From Haliotis cracherodii (Eukaryota): a stretch of DNA of 64,000 bases. Shown here piece after piece: positions 38,524 to 52,404 of this stretch (its first letter is position 1; every line of letters begins with the position of its first letter). The translations under genes and the position numbers were made by a program. The DNA is taken from NCBI RefSeq assembly GCF_022045235.1, contig NW_027266273.1, positions 3,286,001 through 3,350,000 on the forward strand, written 5' to 3'. Under the pieces are notes generated by a model, which saw only the letters and a list, made by a program, of their open reading frames with translations, had not been told where the DNA came from and made no database searches.

Positions 38524-41500
38524 ACACTGCATACGAATGCAATCCATTGTGAATGAAATACATTTTTAAAAATACATTAAAAATAATAAACATACAATGT
38601 GTAGTTTCCACTAAGTATGCACTTTGAGTGAACGAATAAAGATCAAAACAGCTGTCAAAATAATATGGAAGGACCATTGAAAAACAGGGATGACACCAGG
38701 TGTTCGCGAGAAGGGTAATGTAACGGCCAAGATGATTGTGAGAATGCAGATAGAGGGTCAAACTAGACGATATAAGTTAATGTCGTGCCACATGATCTGG
38801 ATAAAGGCATCAAGTCACTGGTGATTAACCAATACTCCATCTTTACCATCTGAAGACCGCGACAGGCTTAGAACTGTCCTATCTGCTATTTAGATCACCA
38901 TCAAGCAGAAAGCATTAGCGGTATGCAGTCGAATTCATAGACTGCCCTTTCACATCTACGTTGTGTTATGTTCCTCCGACCATAAAATTAGTTCCGTCGT
39001 TCGGGTCTGGCGTTAATCTGGTGGCGTTAATTTGGCGGAATGTCGGCCAAGACTTCGCTGACCGCTCTCGGTCATCACTGCAGAGGATAATATAGAGCTG
39101 ATACCATCGCGACTTCAAACCACTGGGGTCAGACATTACCACGTTGAATTTGCTTATTGTTTAATAGGGCGCCATTTGCATGAATATATTTTGCCTAATT
39201 GATTGATGTTGTGCGTCGACCCTTTTATGGTGTTAGTTTTATTATATGGAAATGTGCTGGTGCCGCTACTTCTAACCTTACAATCATTGTAAGATATTGT
39301 GTTTGTGTGTGTAGGAAAGATACAAGCTAATCATTGTTAAACTTTCTAATATATAATGAAACTCTCTTCATTAAGTAGTTCACGTTTCGTTGGGCCTTAT
39401 AAGGGTCAGCTGTGTGAAGCCAATACTTAAATGATGTCAATAAGGCCTTGCTTATCCTTTTCAAGTGCAAAATAAACCTGCTTTATGTTATATCATGAGA
39501 AGTGAGTGAGTGGGTAGAATTGGACGCCATGTTACGCTCAGTTCCAGTAATATGACGAACATGGACAACACATACAAATGGACTTCACACATATTTTAGG
39601 GAATCGCTTTAACCCATCAGCATGGGTTTCGTGTTACATACCTAGACAGATATTCGTGGCGAATTTCGGATTCGAACACAAGATAATCGGTTTCTGACCA
39701 TGGCCAACCTAACAAAACCCCAAACTCTGCACAGCGAATTGCGGCGCGTTAGACGACTTCATCCTCTTTCCCTTACACACACCATTCTACAGTAGTGAGT
39801 TCGTAGTGGTTATAATATTTGCCTTGAAGTACATTTCAGTTTTGTGACAAGACGTCAAATTAATGTAAGTCGAAAGCCCAAAGTGACACAGATCGCTTTT
39901 GTGAAACCCACGGATATTGTACTGAAACATCGAGCATCACATTCGACTCGCATCTTGAACTCGAACCATGCTAACCAAGCAATTACTGGGGCTGTTAAAG
40001 GATGTAACTCTGCTCAATGCAGTGTGGTGCTTAAACCTCCGGGACCTACACGTTCCCACTAATAGATAGACGGAAAGTGGACACACTTGGTCTTGTCCCC
40101 CGGGAATTGTATCCTAGGACAAAGTAATCCAGTGTTGAATGTCCTTGGACATCCAATGCGGTAATGTGCTACTGTAAGAACTGCAACCTTCATGTAATCA
40201 GTACCCAACGCAAGGGACCCGAGTGTAGCTCTTTGCGATGCATGGTTAGTAATCACTCAAATTTGAAGGTACATGTAAGTCCGTTCGATGTTCTAGAAGT
40301 GCGAGTATTTAGAATCAGTTCAAAGTTGTCCTCTATGTGAAACGGTGGCCTAACAGTCGGCATAGAAATTAAAATGAAACCAGTGTAAGGACAACAGAAA
40401 ATATGGGTAACCGCTAGAAATGGTATTGAAAAATGTCCAGAAAGGTATTGGAACTCACACTTATGACACGTCGTACTAAACAAACCGGTTTACTTCGTTT
40501 GATGTTGGGCTTCACGTCGAGAGGGTGCGATGGTGAATGTGGCAAATTTTATGTGTCTAGGCTACCCTCTTCATAACCATCATCCTGACTTCATATATAT
40601 CACCAGCCACCATTAATGTAGTGACAGGCCACTACGTCCAAATATTGCCCTAGCCTCTATGCATCAGAGTCACTGGTTACCACAGATCATATACCTATAT
40701 CACACGAGTTGCTAGGGTTTTTCGTACAAGTTAACAACGTGACTCGAAATAGTCGTCCTAATATATTAATTAATAACGAAATATACTTCCTACCGCACCA
40801 TTAATAATTTTACAATGTCTGGGATACGTCATGAAAAGTCATGGCAAGGCAAATTAAAAAATATAACACACTAAGTCAATTTCTACAAAGTATTTCAACC
40901 TTTTCAATGACGCAATATGATCAACAAAGCGCGTTCACCCAAACACGTTACAGAAATATAAGGGCTTTAACGCACCCCACAGTGTCCATGTTGATGAAAT
41001 AGAACACGTTGTATGCTGACATCTTCATGTCTAACAAATTTAATCTTTTTTAAAGCATTTACCACCGTTCTAAAACATACCAATAAAAACGCAAAACTAT
41101 CACCACGAGCAGGAAAATGATCATGGCTATGCTATTTTAGTCCTTAAAGGTTTGAAGCTTAGCACGGTACTTTTCAAGAGATAAGTTTTAATTTGTCGTT
41201 AATTATACAACGTGCACCTGCAGCCGAATAGAAAGGGCTTCTCTTGCTCGTATTGGTCGTGACTCACGCTCTGTAGTGGTTAGATTTGGCTGGAGATACT
41301 CGCAGTGATCCCGTGGTTTCTTTTGAGAGAACTTGTTTATACGTAATGGCAGCTCACAGAACGGAATGCTTGTGTGAGATTGTGCTGGGAGTATATCGGT
41401 ACGTTTCAATCTGTCTGCAGGAGAAGATTTAATGGGCTTTTGTATATTTTGGACGATTTCTGACTTGTGGCAAGAACCGTGTTTGAAATAAGGAATCAGG

Positions 41501-44449
41501 AAGCATCGTATGTCTGATATATATTTCTATTTCATAACAGATTTGAAATTTCATAATATTTAAAAGGAGCTTAAAGTTGACTATATTTTTGTTGAACTGA
41601 TCTGAAATCATTTTGCTGTATATCATTTTCATGAAAGTCTAGGTATGTCCTCGCTGAGTGGAAGGCGGAAAGATTAATCCTGGTCCAGAATCTATTATTT
41701 ACATACATATCATGGGTTATTTTGATGCATGTTGAAAATGTTTGACAGTAGCGTAAAACAACATTCATTCCAGGTATGTTAAACTGGGGCGTGTATGGGG
41801 GAAGTAAAGGTTTACCTGATTAATAAGTTAATGGTCTCCAGGATTATCGATTAAAACGCGTGTTTTTGTTAAAATCACAATCGGTTGTCATGTGACATTT
41901 AAGAACGCTCATCTAATATGCATGTCATCATTACAACGTGATGCGTAATCAATTGTTTTGTTAAATTCCAGTTCTCCAGACGCCTGATATAGGTCTTATG
42001 ACTAAGCAAGAAATGAATACTTATTATATCATGGACCCATTGATTCCTTAGCTGACTAATTCAATATTTCTAGGCTCTTAAAATGTATATATCGTGAATA
42101 ACAATTTTGGGAGTAAAAGGCAAATGAATATTATTTTAATGGATCACTCAAAATCAGTGATGACACCAGGTGTTCGCGAAAAAACTCTCCCTTTAGTCCA
42201 CTCAACGACCATGTCCTTTATCTTTGAATAAACTTATGTATAACTTTCTGTTTATCACATGAACCACTTTCAGTAACAGTAAACAATACGTCGTGTAGGG
42301 CATAAAAAGGGAGAACAGTACGTCATCTTGGCAGAGATGTTAGACAAAAAAGCTCAGTACGTCATGTGGGCTACGTCATATGGATCAAGGAAACAGAAAC
42401 AGTAACTATTGTGACCCCTGGATCAGAAAACTATACGTCATACGTCATGTTGATCACGAACACAGTACGTAAGGTTTGATAATACGTCTTTAGGGACGAG
42501 GCACAAGAAGGTCCCCTGACACAACAATCAATACATCCTCCGAAACAAGACGCATTCTGTTCCTTTTACTGTGGTGTTTCCTAATTATTATGAATACTGT
42601 CAGTTTCGTCAAAAACAACTATGTCGCAAACTCTGAACTTGACCATTTGACGTCCACCGTGCATGTATTTCATCCGAGCATTATTACTGTGAGTTATTTG
42701 GGTACATTTCGATCATTGCTCCATGACACTTTAAACGCCTCTCAGTTCGCTGACAACGCACAAAATGAATGTTAGCTTAACTCAGAGCAAAGCTTTTAAC
42801 GTGTATTTCTTATAAGCAATAAAGCTGTTAATTCTGCTGTTCTTTGAGAAAGCTTTGCCTGAAGCAGATATGTGTCTTGTAAAAAAAACTCGGCAAAGAA
42901 AATCACAATATGATGTTACAAGGTGATATTTTGAGTTTTATCCTCACAACAAACAGACGATCAATATTGATCACATCCTTTATAATCACGTTTCTTTAGC
43001 CAAGTGTTATACAACCTATTATTAATTAGTGCTCTCCGTCAAGGCTGGACACTGAGGTATATACATATAAAGGATAATTTACTTAGCATTAACAGCCGTA
43101 TGCAAACCCACGGAGAGGATTATGAGTTAAAAGGTTTCAATCTGTACAAAGTCTCCTTCTTAGCATTTGTGTATTTGAGATCTCCACTTTAAAAGCTACA
43201 GGATCGTTATGTTTATCATTGATGTGTGTCTTGCGAAGAAATGAAACCTTAAGCTTTCTCCAGCTTGCTACTCTTCTCAGGGTCCGACCATTTGATATTC
43301 TGGAGGAGGGGTGATTTTGCATGGAGACCAAATATTTGTGAGCTACCATAGCAAAACTATATTTGTTTTAATTAAAACAATAAGCCTGAGTATTTGTTTC
43401 AAAAACACCTCTTGCATCAATGTATCTTTTTTGTGGCAGACAATAGTTTTTCAATAAAGTCCCGCCACCCTCAACCCCCAGAATAGCAAGTGATCAGTTC
43501 CACAGTACAGATATACCCTGCACAGCTTAGCATCAGATAATACCACAGGAACATAATTGATCTACTAGTTGTATGGCAGATGCACCTTTGTTTAAATCAC
43601 GTAAACTCTCGCGCCACGAGAATCACAAATATATCCGTGCTGGATCAATAGTGCATTATTTGCACGCGCTAGTCACCCATTCCCACATAAAATATGCGTC
43701 GCGAAGCATTTGCTGGTTCAAAGTTTCTCATTGTAATCAATAAACTTCTTTAGAAGACTTGAATGTCGTCGTCTTGCTGTGACGTCACAACAAAGGAGGT
43801 GTCACAAACAGGAGATATTGGGTTTCTCTCGTGAGGTATTGCAGAAATTGTGTTTCTATTGCTACACCACAGATAGTTTTGGCATTCATAGTGCTGGCTG
43901 AGGGCATATGGGACAGTAGATTTATACCACTGGCCCACTGAGAATGGTGCTTTCGTGAGATTTGAAGGTAGAGATTGTATAACCATGGGCCTTGGAGCAA
44001 CAACTATTATATAGTAACTATTATACATTAAATAGACTTACGACAGTCCTAACTACGACCGCTTTTGAAACGTGGCCTTACTTGTTTACCTCTCTGAAAT
44101 AATAACCCTGAAATCTAGATATCTAAACATCTGAAATAAATATAAATTACTCGATTCAAATTCGACATAACATATTGTTATATACTGTGGTAAATGTCAT
44201 TAACAAAAGTATTATGTTTAAAAGCACAGGGAACTAAGAGCACACACAGACACGCAAGGGACTATTTTCTCTATAAGAACCCTCTACTGACATTCTGAGT
44301 TGTTTCAAAGTAAGTAATAGATGTTTTCTACAAAAAAAAACGTTTTAATGTAGCTTCATTTAGACTTAATCCCTTTTCATTTAGAAATGTGTTATAAAAA
44401 ATACCCCATTGCCGTTTCACTTATGTCTTAAAGAAACTGCGCGACAGAT

Positions 44450-44820
44450 AACCCAACGGAACTATTTTTACTGACCTCATATAGTGACCCCAACTGTTGC
44501 TCTTCCATGCCATCCTGCACAAACGTTAGCCACTGCATGTAGTTTGCAGACACGGTAATGGCAGCTTCTTTGGACAGAATGTAACCCCAGCCAGTCTTAG
44601 GTCGAAATTCTATCTTCTATGGACAACCAGTTACATTAACTAGTCTACTCGACCTTGCGCCAGACATAGGCCAACTGGACCCCACCTTCAAACGTAACTC
44701 ACACAGGCGTGCTATCAAGCTCGCGGCTACTTAAAGAAACCCCTGGCCACTTAAACTTGACATAAAGATCCAGATTGACCTACGCCTTCCAAGGGACTAT
44801 GTTCTCACTTATGGATTATA
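44450..44820 (+). mobile_element. Possible decayed tyrosine-recombinase (DIRS-like) fragment
   Basis: LDP....SH.RR-like and IKIQ.D-like remnants; heavily disrupted. Confidence 0.25.
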
Positions 44821-47094
44821 TTGGTAAATGAAATTGCAACTATGGAAGCCATTTGTAAGTTAGGATCTGTCATCATCCTAGACAAATGTTAACGTTAATT
44901 TGGGAGGTTAAAACATTGTATCAATCAAGATAAATGAACTTGTATTGGGAAACACGGACCAAGCTTGTGCTTGCTAACGAAACAATTTCCGGGAGGAATG
45001 TGGGTAAAGAGGTTTTTTTGGCAAGGGTCCTAGACAAAGCACACCCACCGTGCCCACTTACATGTACATATGGCTGGGCCAAGACAACGTGTTTTAAGAC
45101 TATTAGAAAAACAGAGGAAGTCGATCATTTTGGTGTGAACTTGAATGAGCCTGGACATCTTACTGATAGACTAGCATTTGCAGTTCAAAAACTCTCAGCC
45201 ATGATATGCTTTTGATCCGGCGTCATGGTGTCGCAGCGTCATCCTCGACGTATATTTTATAAAAGGATATTATGTCCAAAATTCCTGTTTCATCGCCCGT
45301 CCCCAAATTTTATCTTGAACGTAATTCTTCATTGACTGTTTTGATTGCTTACTATGATAAATTCAGAATAGTGTTCTGGCGAATTCCTAGTTTCTTTTGA
45401 ATTCAAGAAAATCATATTGGTTATCAAAATAATGATATTCATAAAAAATAAAATCATTTCAACCGATAAATATCTTTAAACAAAATAGTGGAAAAAGCAA
45501 TATTATTCATTATAGTAAAAATTGTCTTCAGTATTTATGAGCTCTTTGAAAAAGGTCAATGAATAATTGTTTGTCCTCGGAATAAGAAGAGGAAGTAAAA
45601 CAGATAAATTCATGTCTCAGATTTCTTTTCTCATCGTCAGAGATAAACCCGAATACTCTCTGACAGCTGCGTTTCAGGAGAAACGCGTAGATAATAGCAA
45701 TGAAAGAATTAGGGCGCATTAATGCCGATAGTCGATTTGCAAAATTGGTTATTGTGGTATTAAGTAGCCACGGAAGTAATATCTAAAGAACAAACAGTCA
45801 CGAAGATTACAAAGGCGGTAGGCAAAGACGACTTAATGAAAGCCATGCACAGTCTTCTTGGACAGAATAGACGTTAATGCAAAGCAATAGTTCGATTGAA
45901 GTCTCTCCTGACTTGAACACAACAGAAAATGTCAGAGCAAAACGATGCAATTTGTATACATATGCAACTACTTTGATATTGCAGACATGAACATAGTGTG
46001 CATTTCACCTATTGAGAGTGAGTGAGTGAGTGAGTCCGGTTTTATGACCCTTTAACCACAAGGCCAGTTCACCGACATTTCACCCATGAAATATGATATG
46101 TTCTAGATGTGTTTGCTATCTTTAACTGTCGATTCAAAAGAAAAACAATATGGGTATAAACGAATTCAGTTTACAGCATAACCAAAGATTTTGACTGGGC
46201 AAATATGCTTCTCATCGTTTGATAGTCTAGGGATAATCTGATATTTATGCCATTCAAGAACTATAACCTTTTCGCGGAGACCTGGTATCATCGGTATTTG
46301 GTAATGATTCATAACACCATATTTATGATATAGTCGGACTCGAACAATGGAGTTGTATCAAGATTGTGGTCAGTTTTGTCGCTTGTATTAATATCATTAA
46401 GATTACTTATGCAAGGAACCATTTAACAAGGCGACCTATCTTGTCCCTGTATTAAAGCTAACATCACTTACGTGACATAAAAAAGTGTCAGTTCTTAAGA
46501 TGAGAGATGCATGTAATATGAACCGTGTTTTATTGATAAAAATGAAGATATTATTTAAAAAGGGAAAATCAAAATATATCCAAACAGAAGCTCCCCACGG
46601 ATACTTTGACGCTTTATGTATTTGGAATCCATTAGACGTTCTAGCACAGATAAATTGGCCAAGCTGGTGTCTGCCAGCTGCGCAAAACTGCAAACTTCAA
46701 TAACGTCATTGGTCCTGATTCGTTGTGCGTCGGGTTACCCTAAGATATGTGGTCAGTTTAGTGTCCAGTGTCCAGCTGGCCATAATAGGTTTGCAACAGT
46801 CGCGGATCTGATATTGCCACCACGGGCAACTGGGGAATTATTTCAACCAGATCCTTGTAATACACCAGAAGCGTATCAGGCAATCAAGGCTGCATGACTG
46901 TTTCGTGAACTGATATCAGGTGTAAGAAGAGTGGAATTAGTTTGCTCGCATTATTAGAAACGTATGAAAACAACATGTTGAACTTTGTTTCTGCGGCTCT
47001 GTATAGGACAGCCAAATTCTGTCGTAATGTAAGTCACTACACGTACCATTTCATCTCTTGACAGCTGTACACTCGTATGTTGTCAGTAACAATA

Positions 47095-47340
47095 CTCCTG
47101 GTGGAGAATAGGTCTTCAGCAACAAAAGGTTGCCGCAAGAGTCGACCATGCTTGCCGTAAGAGGCGACTAACTGGATCGGGTGGTCAAGCGAGCTGACTT
47201 AATTATCGTATCCTAATTGCGGAGGACAATGCTCACAGTGTCAATCATTGGATTGTGTGGTCCAGACTCGATGATTAACAGACGACTCTCAAATTGCTGA
47301 AATGTTGCTGAGTGCGGCGTTAAACAACAAACAAACAGAA
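47095..47340 (+). mobile_element. SINE-like family C
   Basis: gaataggtcttcag...taagaggcgactaa...ggtccagactcga...gagtgcggcgttaaacaacaaac. Confidence 0.85.
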
Positions 47341-49321
47341 ACAATACATTCATCTCCTCATCTGCTTATGCAAACGGGTCGTCCATGTTGACGCTGTCTG
47401 TCTCTTGTATATGTGGCACACTACAGTATATCCGTTCAAAGTATCCTAACTAAAACAATCGTTATCAATAGTAATAATGATCTCTCTTAATAATAATGAT
47501 GGAAATATGTTGCTCCCTTGTCGTGAAAGATGAAGCCATCAATATCAGCTTAAGTGACATGTACAAATATTTTCCATTGGTTGTATTTACTTAAGATATC
47601 GATACTAACAGTTTTATGTATCTGTTTTGTCTTGTTTCATCCCCGCATAGAAGAACGGTCACACCCATTTCATGTTTATGTCAACGATGATCCGATGCTT
47701 AACTGTGTCATCGTGGTTTTGTGTCCCTGGGCACTTCTCGGATGTGGCGTTGCTGATGGTTACAGAAACAAGGGTGTGTTTTCTTTGAGACGTACCTCGC
47801 ATTAACGTCAATCTAAGTAATGCATTTCAGAGATTTAAGGAAATATATAAACAGACATCCAGTGGTAAGTTCGATGGTCTCATGTGACGTGCATTAAGAT
47901 TAATATGGGCCAGCCTCAGTCCTGTATTGCTTTAAGAGTTCCAAACGAATCTTAATTCTAAAACTCCATTAGCAATAGGGTTATACATTAATGAATAAAA
48001 AGAAGTAGATGGCTAGAAACACGAACATTGATTGACAGAGAGGTTTTCTACGTAATATAATAAGATGCTTTATCGATTCTATCATTTGTAAACAAGTGAA
48101 TTAAAAATTAATTACCCGCTGTCTCCTTTACAATTTCAGATTCACATTCAAGCATCATTAACGTGTATTTTTGCAACGAGGTGAAGAAACAATACCAAAA
48201 GAATTGAAGGTTTGAAAGTAATGATTATTTTTTAGTTTGTTGACTGTTTGAGGTTATCGATTATATGTCTGAAGTCATAATGTACAGGAACGGTTTATTT
48301 AAATTAGCGCCATGAGAATTTGTTGAATCCTATAACTTCAACAATGCACACGAACGGGATTGATTACCGACAAGCGTGTTTACCAATAGCATAGGCGACC
48401 CATGAACATTTTCTTCATGGATCGTGGCTGTAACACAGTCATTAGGTTCCAGGAATGCACCGAATGGCGTACTCATTATATTCTAAAATAGAACCAAGAA
48501 CATTTATCTCTGCAGTTATTTTTGCAAACTTGGATTTGTACGATTATAAACGACCACGCGTTGTACTGTGGATCCAGTGATATTTATATTGGTATCAGTA
48601 AGGTATAAAACGTATTGAGCTTCCTTATCGAACTTGTCTCCTACATGTAGAAATCTTTTGTTCAGTTTAATCATGTCATGTCATTAGTCGTTACAATATC
48701 GGCTGTGTTGTTGTCACCATGGCAACAAAATTAATAATGTTTGGGTTTGGCTTATTGTCGTATAGATAACCTCACAGAGCGACTTAAGGCATTCGATAGT
48801 TGGCATCAGATACAACACTAAAGAGACATTATATTTAGTTACAGTTTATTATTATTGTAAGCAAGACGACGTAAGTTTAATCAGCTTGTTAGATAAGAAG
48901 GTGTAAGTAATGTAATAAGAAATCTGAGCATCAAACACTTTAGAAGAAGATGATTAAAGGATTCCAATGGACTACCCAATCAAGACAGAAGCTACATACA
49001 CAAACAATTCCATAGACGAAGTATTGGGACGCCAATGGGACTGATTCTACACATTTAATTAATTCCTATTAATTTCTTTGATAGCCAGACTTAACAAATC
49101 TAGTGCACAACGACATGCAAAGATTGTATAAGGAACTATTTGATAACTTGACATCAATCAAAGCTAAGATGTTACAGCATCAAAAAACTTCTGTAACTAA
49201 GCTGAAGCCTAAGGTCATATATACTGTCTGCACTACCCACATTGAAAGACTATATCATTAAGATGAAAGGATGTGCTTAACGAAAGGTCTTTTATATGTA
49301 GACAACTTAAAATGAGCTAAC

Positions 49322-49455
49322 CTGACCAGTGGTCCCAGACCCGAAGACTCCAAATCCATGTCCATATAATGAGGGTTGTGACTTCTGTCATTACCACCGT
49401 CCAAAAAATGCACCATTGCAATCTCCACCCCAGAACGTCTTCGTCCTTTCGCCAT
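49322..49455 (-). CDS. Candidate distal alternative first coding exon: MAKGRRRSGVEIAMVHFLDGGNDRSHNPHYMDMDLESSGLGPLV(R)
   Basis: gtcATGG strong Kozak context, 44 codons + AG, donor CAG|gttagc, phase 2. Composition drops to AT-rich immediately after the donor. Could belong to a different gene. Confidence 0.5.
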
Positions 49456-51217
49456 GACCAGTGACCATCGGTCAGCACGTCAAACACATGGTCTTGATGA
49501 AGGCTGGACCTAACTGTTGCGATAAGAACGTTTAGCAGGTGCTGGCGTTTCGCTGACGATATGAGGCTGGCTGAAGCTGTAGCCAGTGGTGTCAAAATCG
49601 ATCATAGGAATTGAAGCTTGTGTATTGATGATAGCAGATGTTCCTCAGCGTTGGAAATCACTATCGACACTGTCCACGTCCCGGTTTCTCAAGCGAATGA
49701 GTTAAACGACTAAGTCTCTGCCTCTTTACAAAGAGCCACATGAACCTATTAACGGACGTAGAACACTACCGCCAAGTCACATAGCCCATATATACTATTG
49801 ACCTTTAAGCAAACGAATACTTCTTGATTAATCAATAAACTTTGAGATCAAGGCGATTCCTGATCGAGGAAAAATGCCATTTGTTTGCTAGTATATGTAA
49901 AAGGAGCGTGTTCCCAAATCTGTTTGGAGTTCCTGTGCCATATTCATTATTCGTCCAGCCAGCACTTCACCGTCTGTGTGATAGGTTGTTGACTATTTAT
50001 TAACAGTCCTTGGGACAGTGAGGGGTTAATGCATGGACGGGATCCGACCTGACCCCGGATGGCTAGGGTCCGGACTGGGAGTTTTTCATTACGGTGGATG
50101 ATGAGGCTGACAGACTTACTGTGGTTTGATTAAATTTCAGTGAAAGCGAGACTCATCTGGTGGAAGATAACGGTGTGGGCCTGTCACCATGGAGAAATAT
50201 GACAAACAACGGTGCATCTCTTGGGGAAAGATGTAGAAAGAGATAAGGAACCTTGAATAGTGGTGCAAGAACGAGGCACAGTTGATCCTGAAATTGTTTG
50301 CTTCAACGTGCTGATTGAAGTGGTTGCAGAAGAATGACAGGGATCTATGTCATGGTTTTTTGTGGGTGGGAAATCCAAAGTGTTCTTTATTTAATTAACG
50401 TATGATCCAATGCAGTGTCATACGTATGGATGGGTTGGTGTTAGACTGCTAACAACGTCGTGATTGACTTGGGCAGTATTTCACGTCACAGAAAGCAATC
50501 ACAACCTTCATCACAACGATCTGTTCATGATCAAATCTGTACCAGCCAAACCAGTGACTGACCACGCCATTGTGTACGACGACACAAAGACCCTGACAAC
50601 TTGATATCGATTGTGTATATTCTTACAAACATGAGGTACTGGACGCATATATTGACCCGGAATCCCCGAAAGGCCACATTGTGGGCGTGGAAATTGCAAT
50701 GGTGGTTTGAATGGCCAAAGTCACAACCCTTGATAATTTAAGTTGGCAATGTTTTCACTGTGTACAGTATAGCAGAATAAGCTTATTTCACAGTTCACAA
50801 ATGCAATATAATGATATTTGAAGAGAAACTTGATCTGTGGACCACGTAGACATATGAAGAACCAAAATGACCCATGACAGAAACTACATCGAATTGCGAG
50901 TGGACGCTAATATGTATGCTTTTAGACAGTTTACTCTTTGCGACTATAAAATGTACACATATAATTTGGAGAGAAAGGCGCTAACAGTACAACTGTGGAA
51001 ACGGCTACGTTTTAGACAGTAAAGCGTTTAAACGTTGTTGAGTCACTGCGGGTAAGTTAGTAGGATGTAAAAAGTATTTTTCCATGATATCACGGCCAGT
51101 CAGCTTAAAGTGGTGATGATGGTTATAGAAGCTTAACTCTTTTGTAAAAGAGGAGGATATAAGACGCCATTAACGACGGAGCCCAACTATGTTTAATTTT
51201 AGGATGAAACACGACAT

Positions 51218-51575
51218 GCAACTACATCGTTAACAACAGGTCATGTTCTGATGACCTATACCAACATCGTTAACTAAGTAAACTTTCGTGTTCCTGTTAT
51301 CTACAGAATCATCGTTGCCAACAGTTCATTTTCCCGTGACCTATACCTACATCGTTAACAACAGTTCATGTTCCTGTGACCCGCAACTACATCGTTAACA
51401 ACTGTTCATGTTCCTGTAACCTATACCCACAACGTTAACAAGTTGCTGTTCATTTTCATGTGACCTGCAACTACATCGTTAACAACTGTTCATGTTCCTG
51501 TAACCTATACCTACAACGTTAGCAACTGTTAATTTTCTCGTGACCTGTAACCACATCGTTAACAACAGCTCATAA
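51218..51575 (+). repeat. 40-bp minisatellite, ~9 units
   Basis: Unit (gcaa|atac)ctacatcgttaacaacWgttcatgttcctgtRacct. Confidence 0.92.
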
Positions 51576-52404
51576 ACAATTCGGACCTGTAACACTATCT
51601 TTACAAACATGTTGACGGAGTTATATCACGCATAATGTCAATTCGCTCAAGAAATGTGTTCTCGAATACAATCAATACCTCGTTTAAGCAACATCGCAAC
51701 TCCTATAACATGAAACATATGATGCTACCTGATCACCTTATTCCCATAACAGAAATTCATTTCAGTCAAAGAAGTAATAACAAAGAGCATGGATCCAGTG
51801 AGCCAGGCTTAGATTCGTATTCCCAACATACTTGTATATATGTGTGGTTCGTACGATAAAACACAGATATTAATAATTACCCATCCCCATAGACGGCATA
51901 TGTACACCTACCATAAGGTGACTACTCACATTATATCCTTACAGACGTATTCCCACTTCTATAATAAATGTGAACACTATCACATTCTAAACAGTCATCA
52001 TAACAAAGACATTACAGATGTGTGTTTGTTATGACAAAGCAATTAGACCTTCACAATATATCACTGATCAAGCAGTTGAAAGCAGATTATAGTAAAAGTG
52101 TTATGTGTCATTTTGACGTGTGTCGCAATGAGTGTCATTATTAGTGTATTTCCCGAGGAGGCCAAGGGAAATATAGTTATTCTATCGGGGATTTCGCACA
52201 GCAGGAGGATTCATATGTGTCTGTTGCAGACTATTCATTATGTACACTTTTAAATTAGTTGTTCTGTACTGTTCTCAAAATTGGAAGCTTTTTTTGAGGA
52301 GGTGACAGTGTCGATATGACGCCACCAATAGTAACGCTATCATTATAAATTACGTCAACAAAGGTTACTGTCTATTTATCCTTACAAATTGAGTTAAACA
52401 GGTT

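Noticed and set aside
38689-42179. Identical 21-mer gatgacaccaggtgttcgcga at 38689 and 42159
   Set aside because: Also resembles 23275-23290 at the end of the Penelope-like remnant; best explained as fragments of a dispersed repeat rather than the ends of one element.
51218-51575. CRISPR-like appearance of regularly spaced repeats
   Set aside because: Contiguous tandem units without unique spacers, eukaryotic context, no cas genes.
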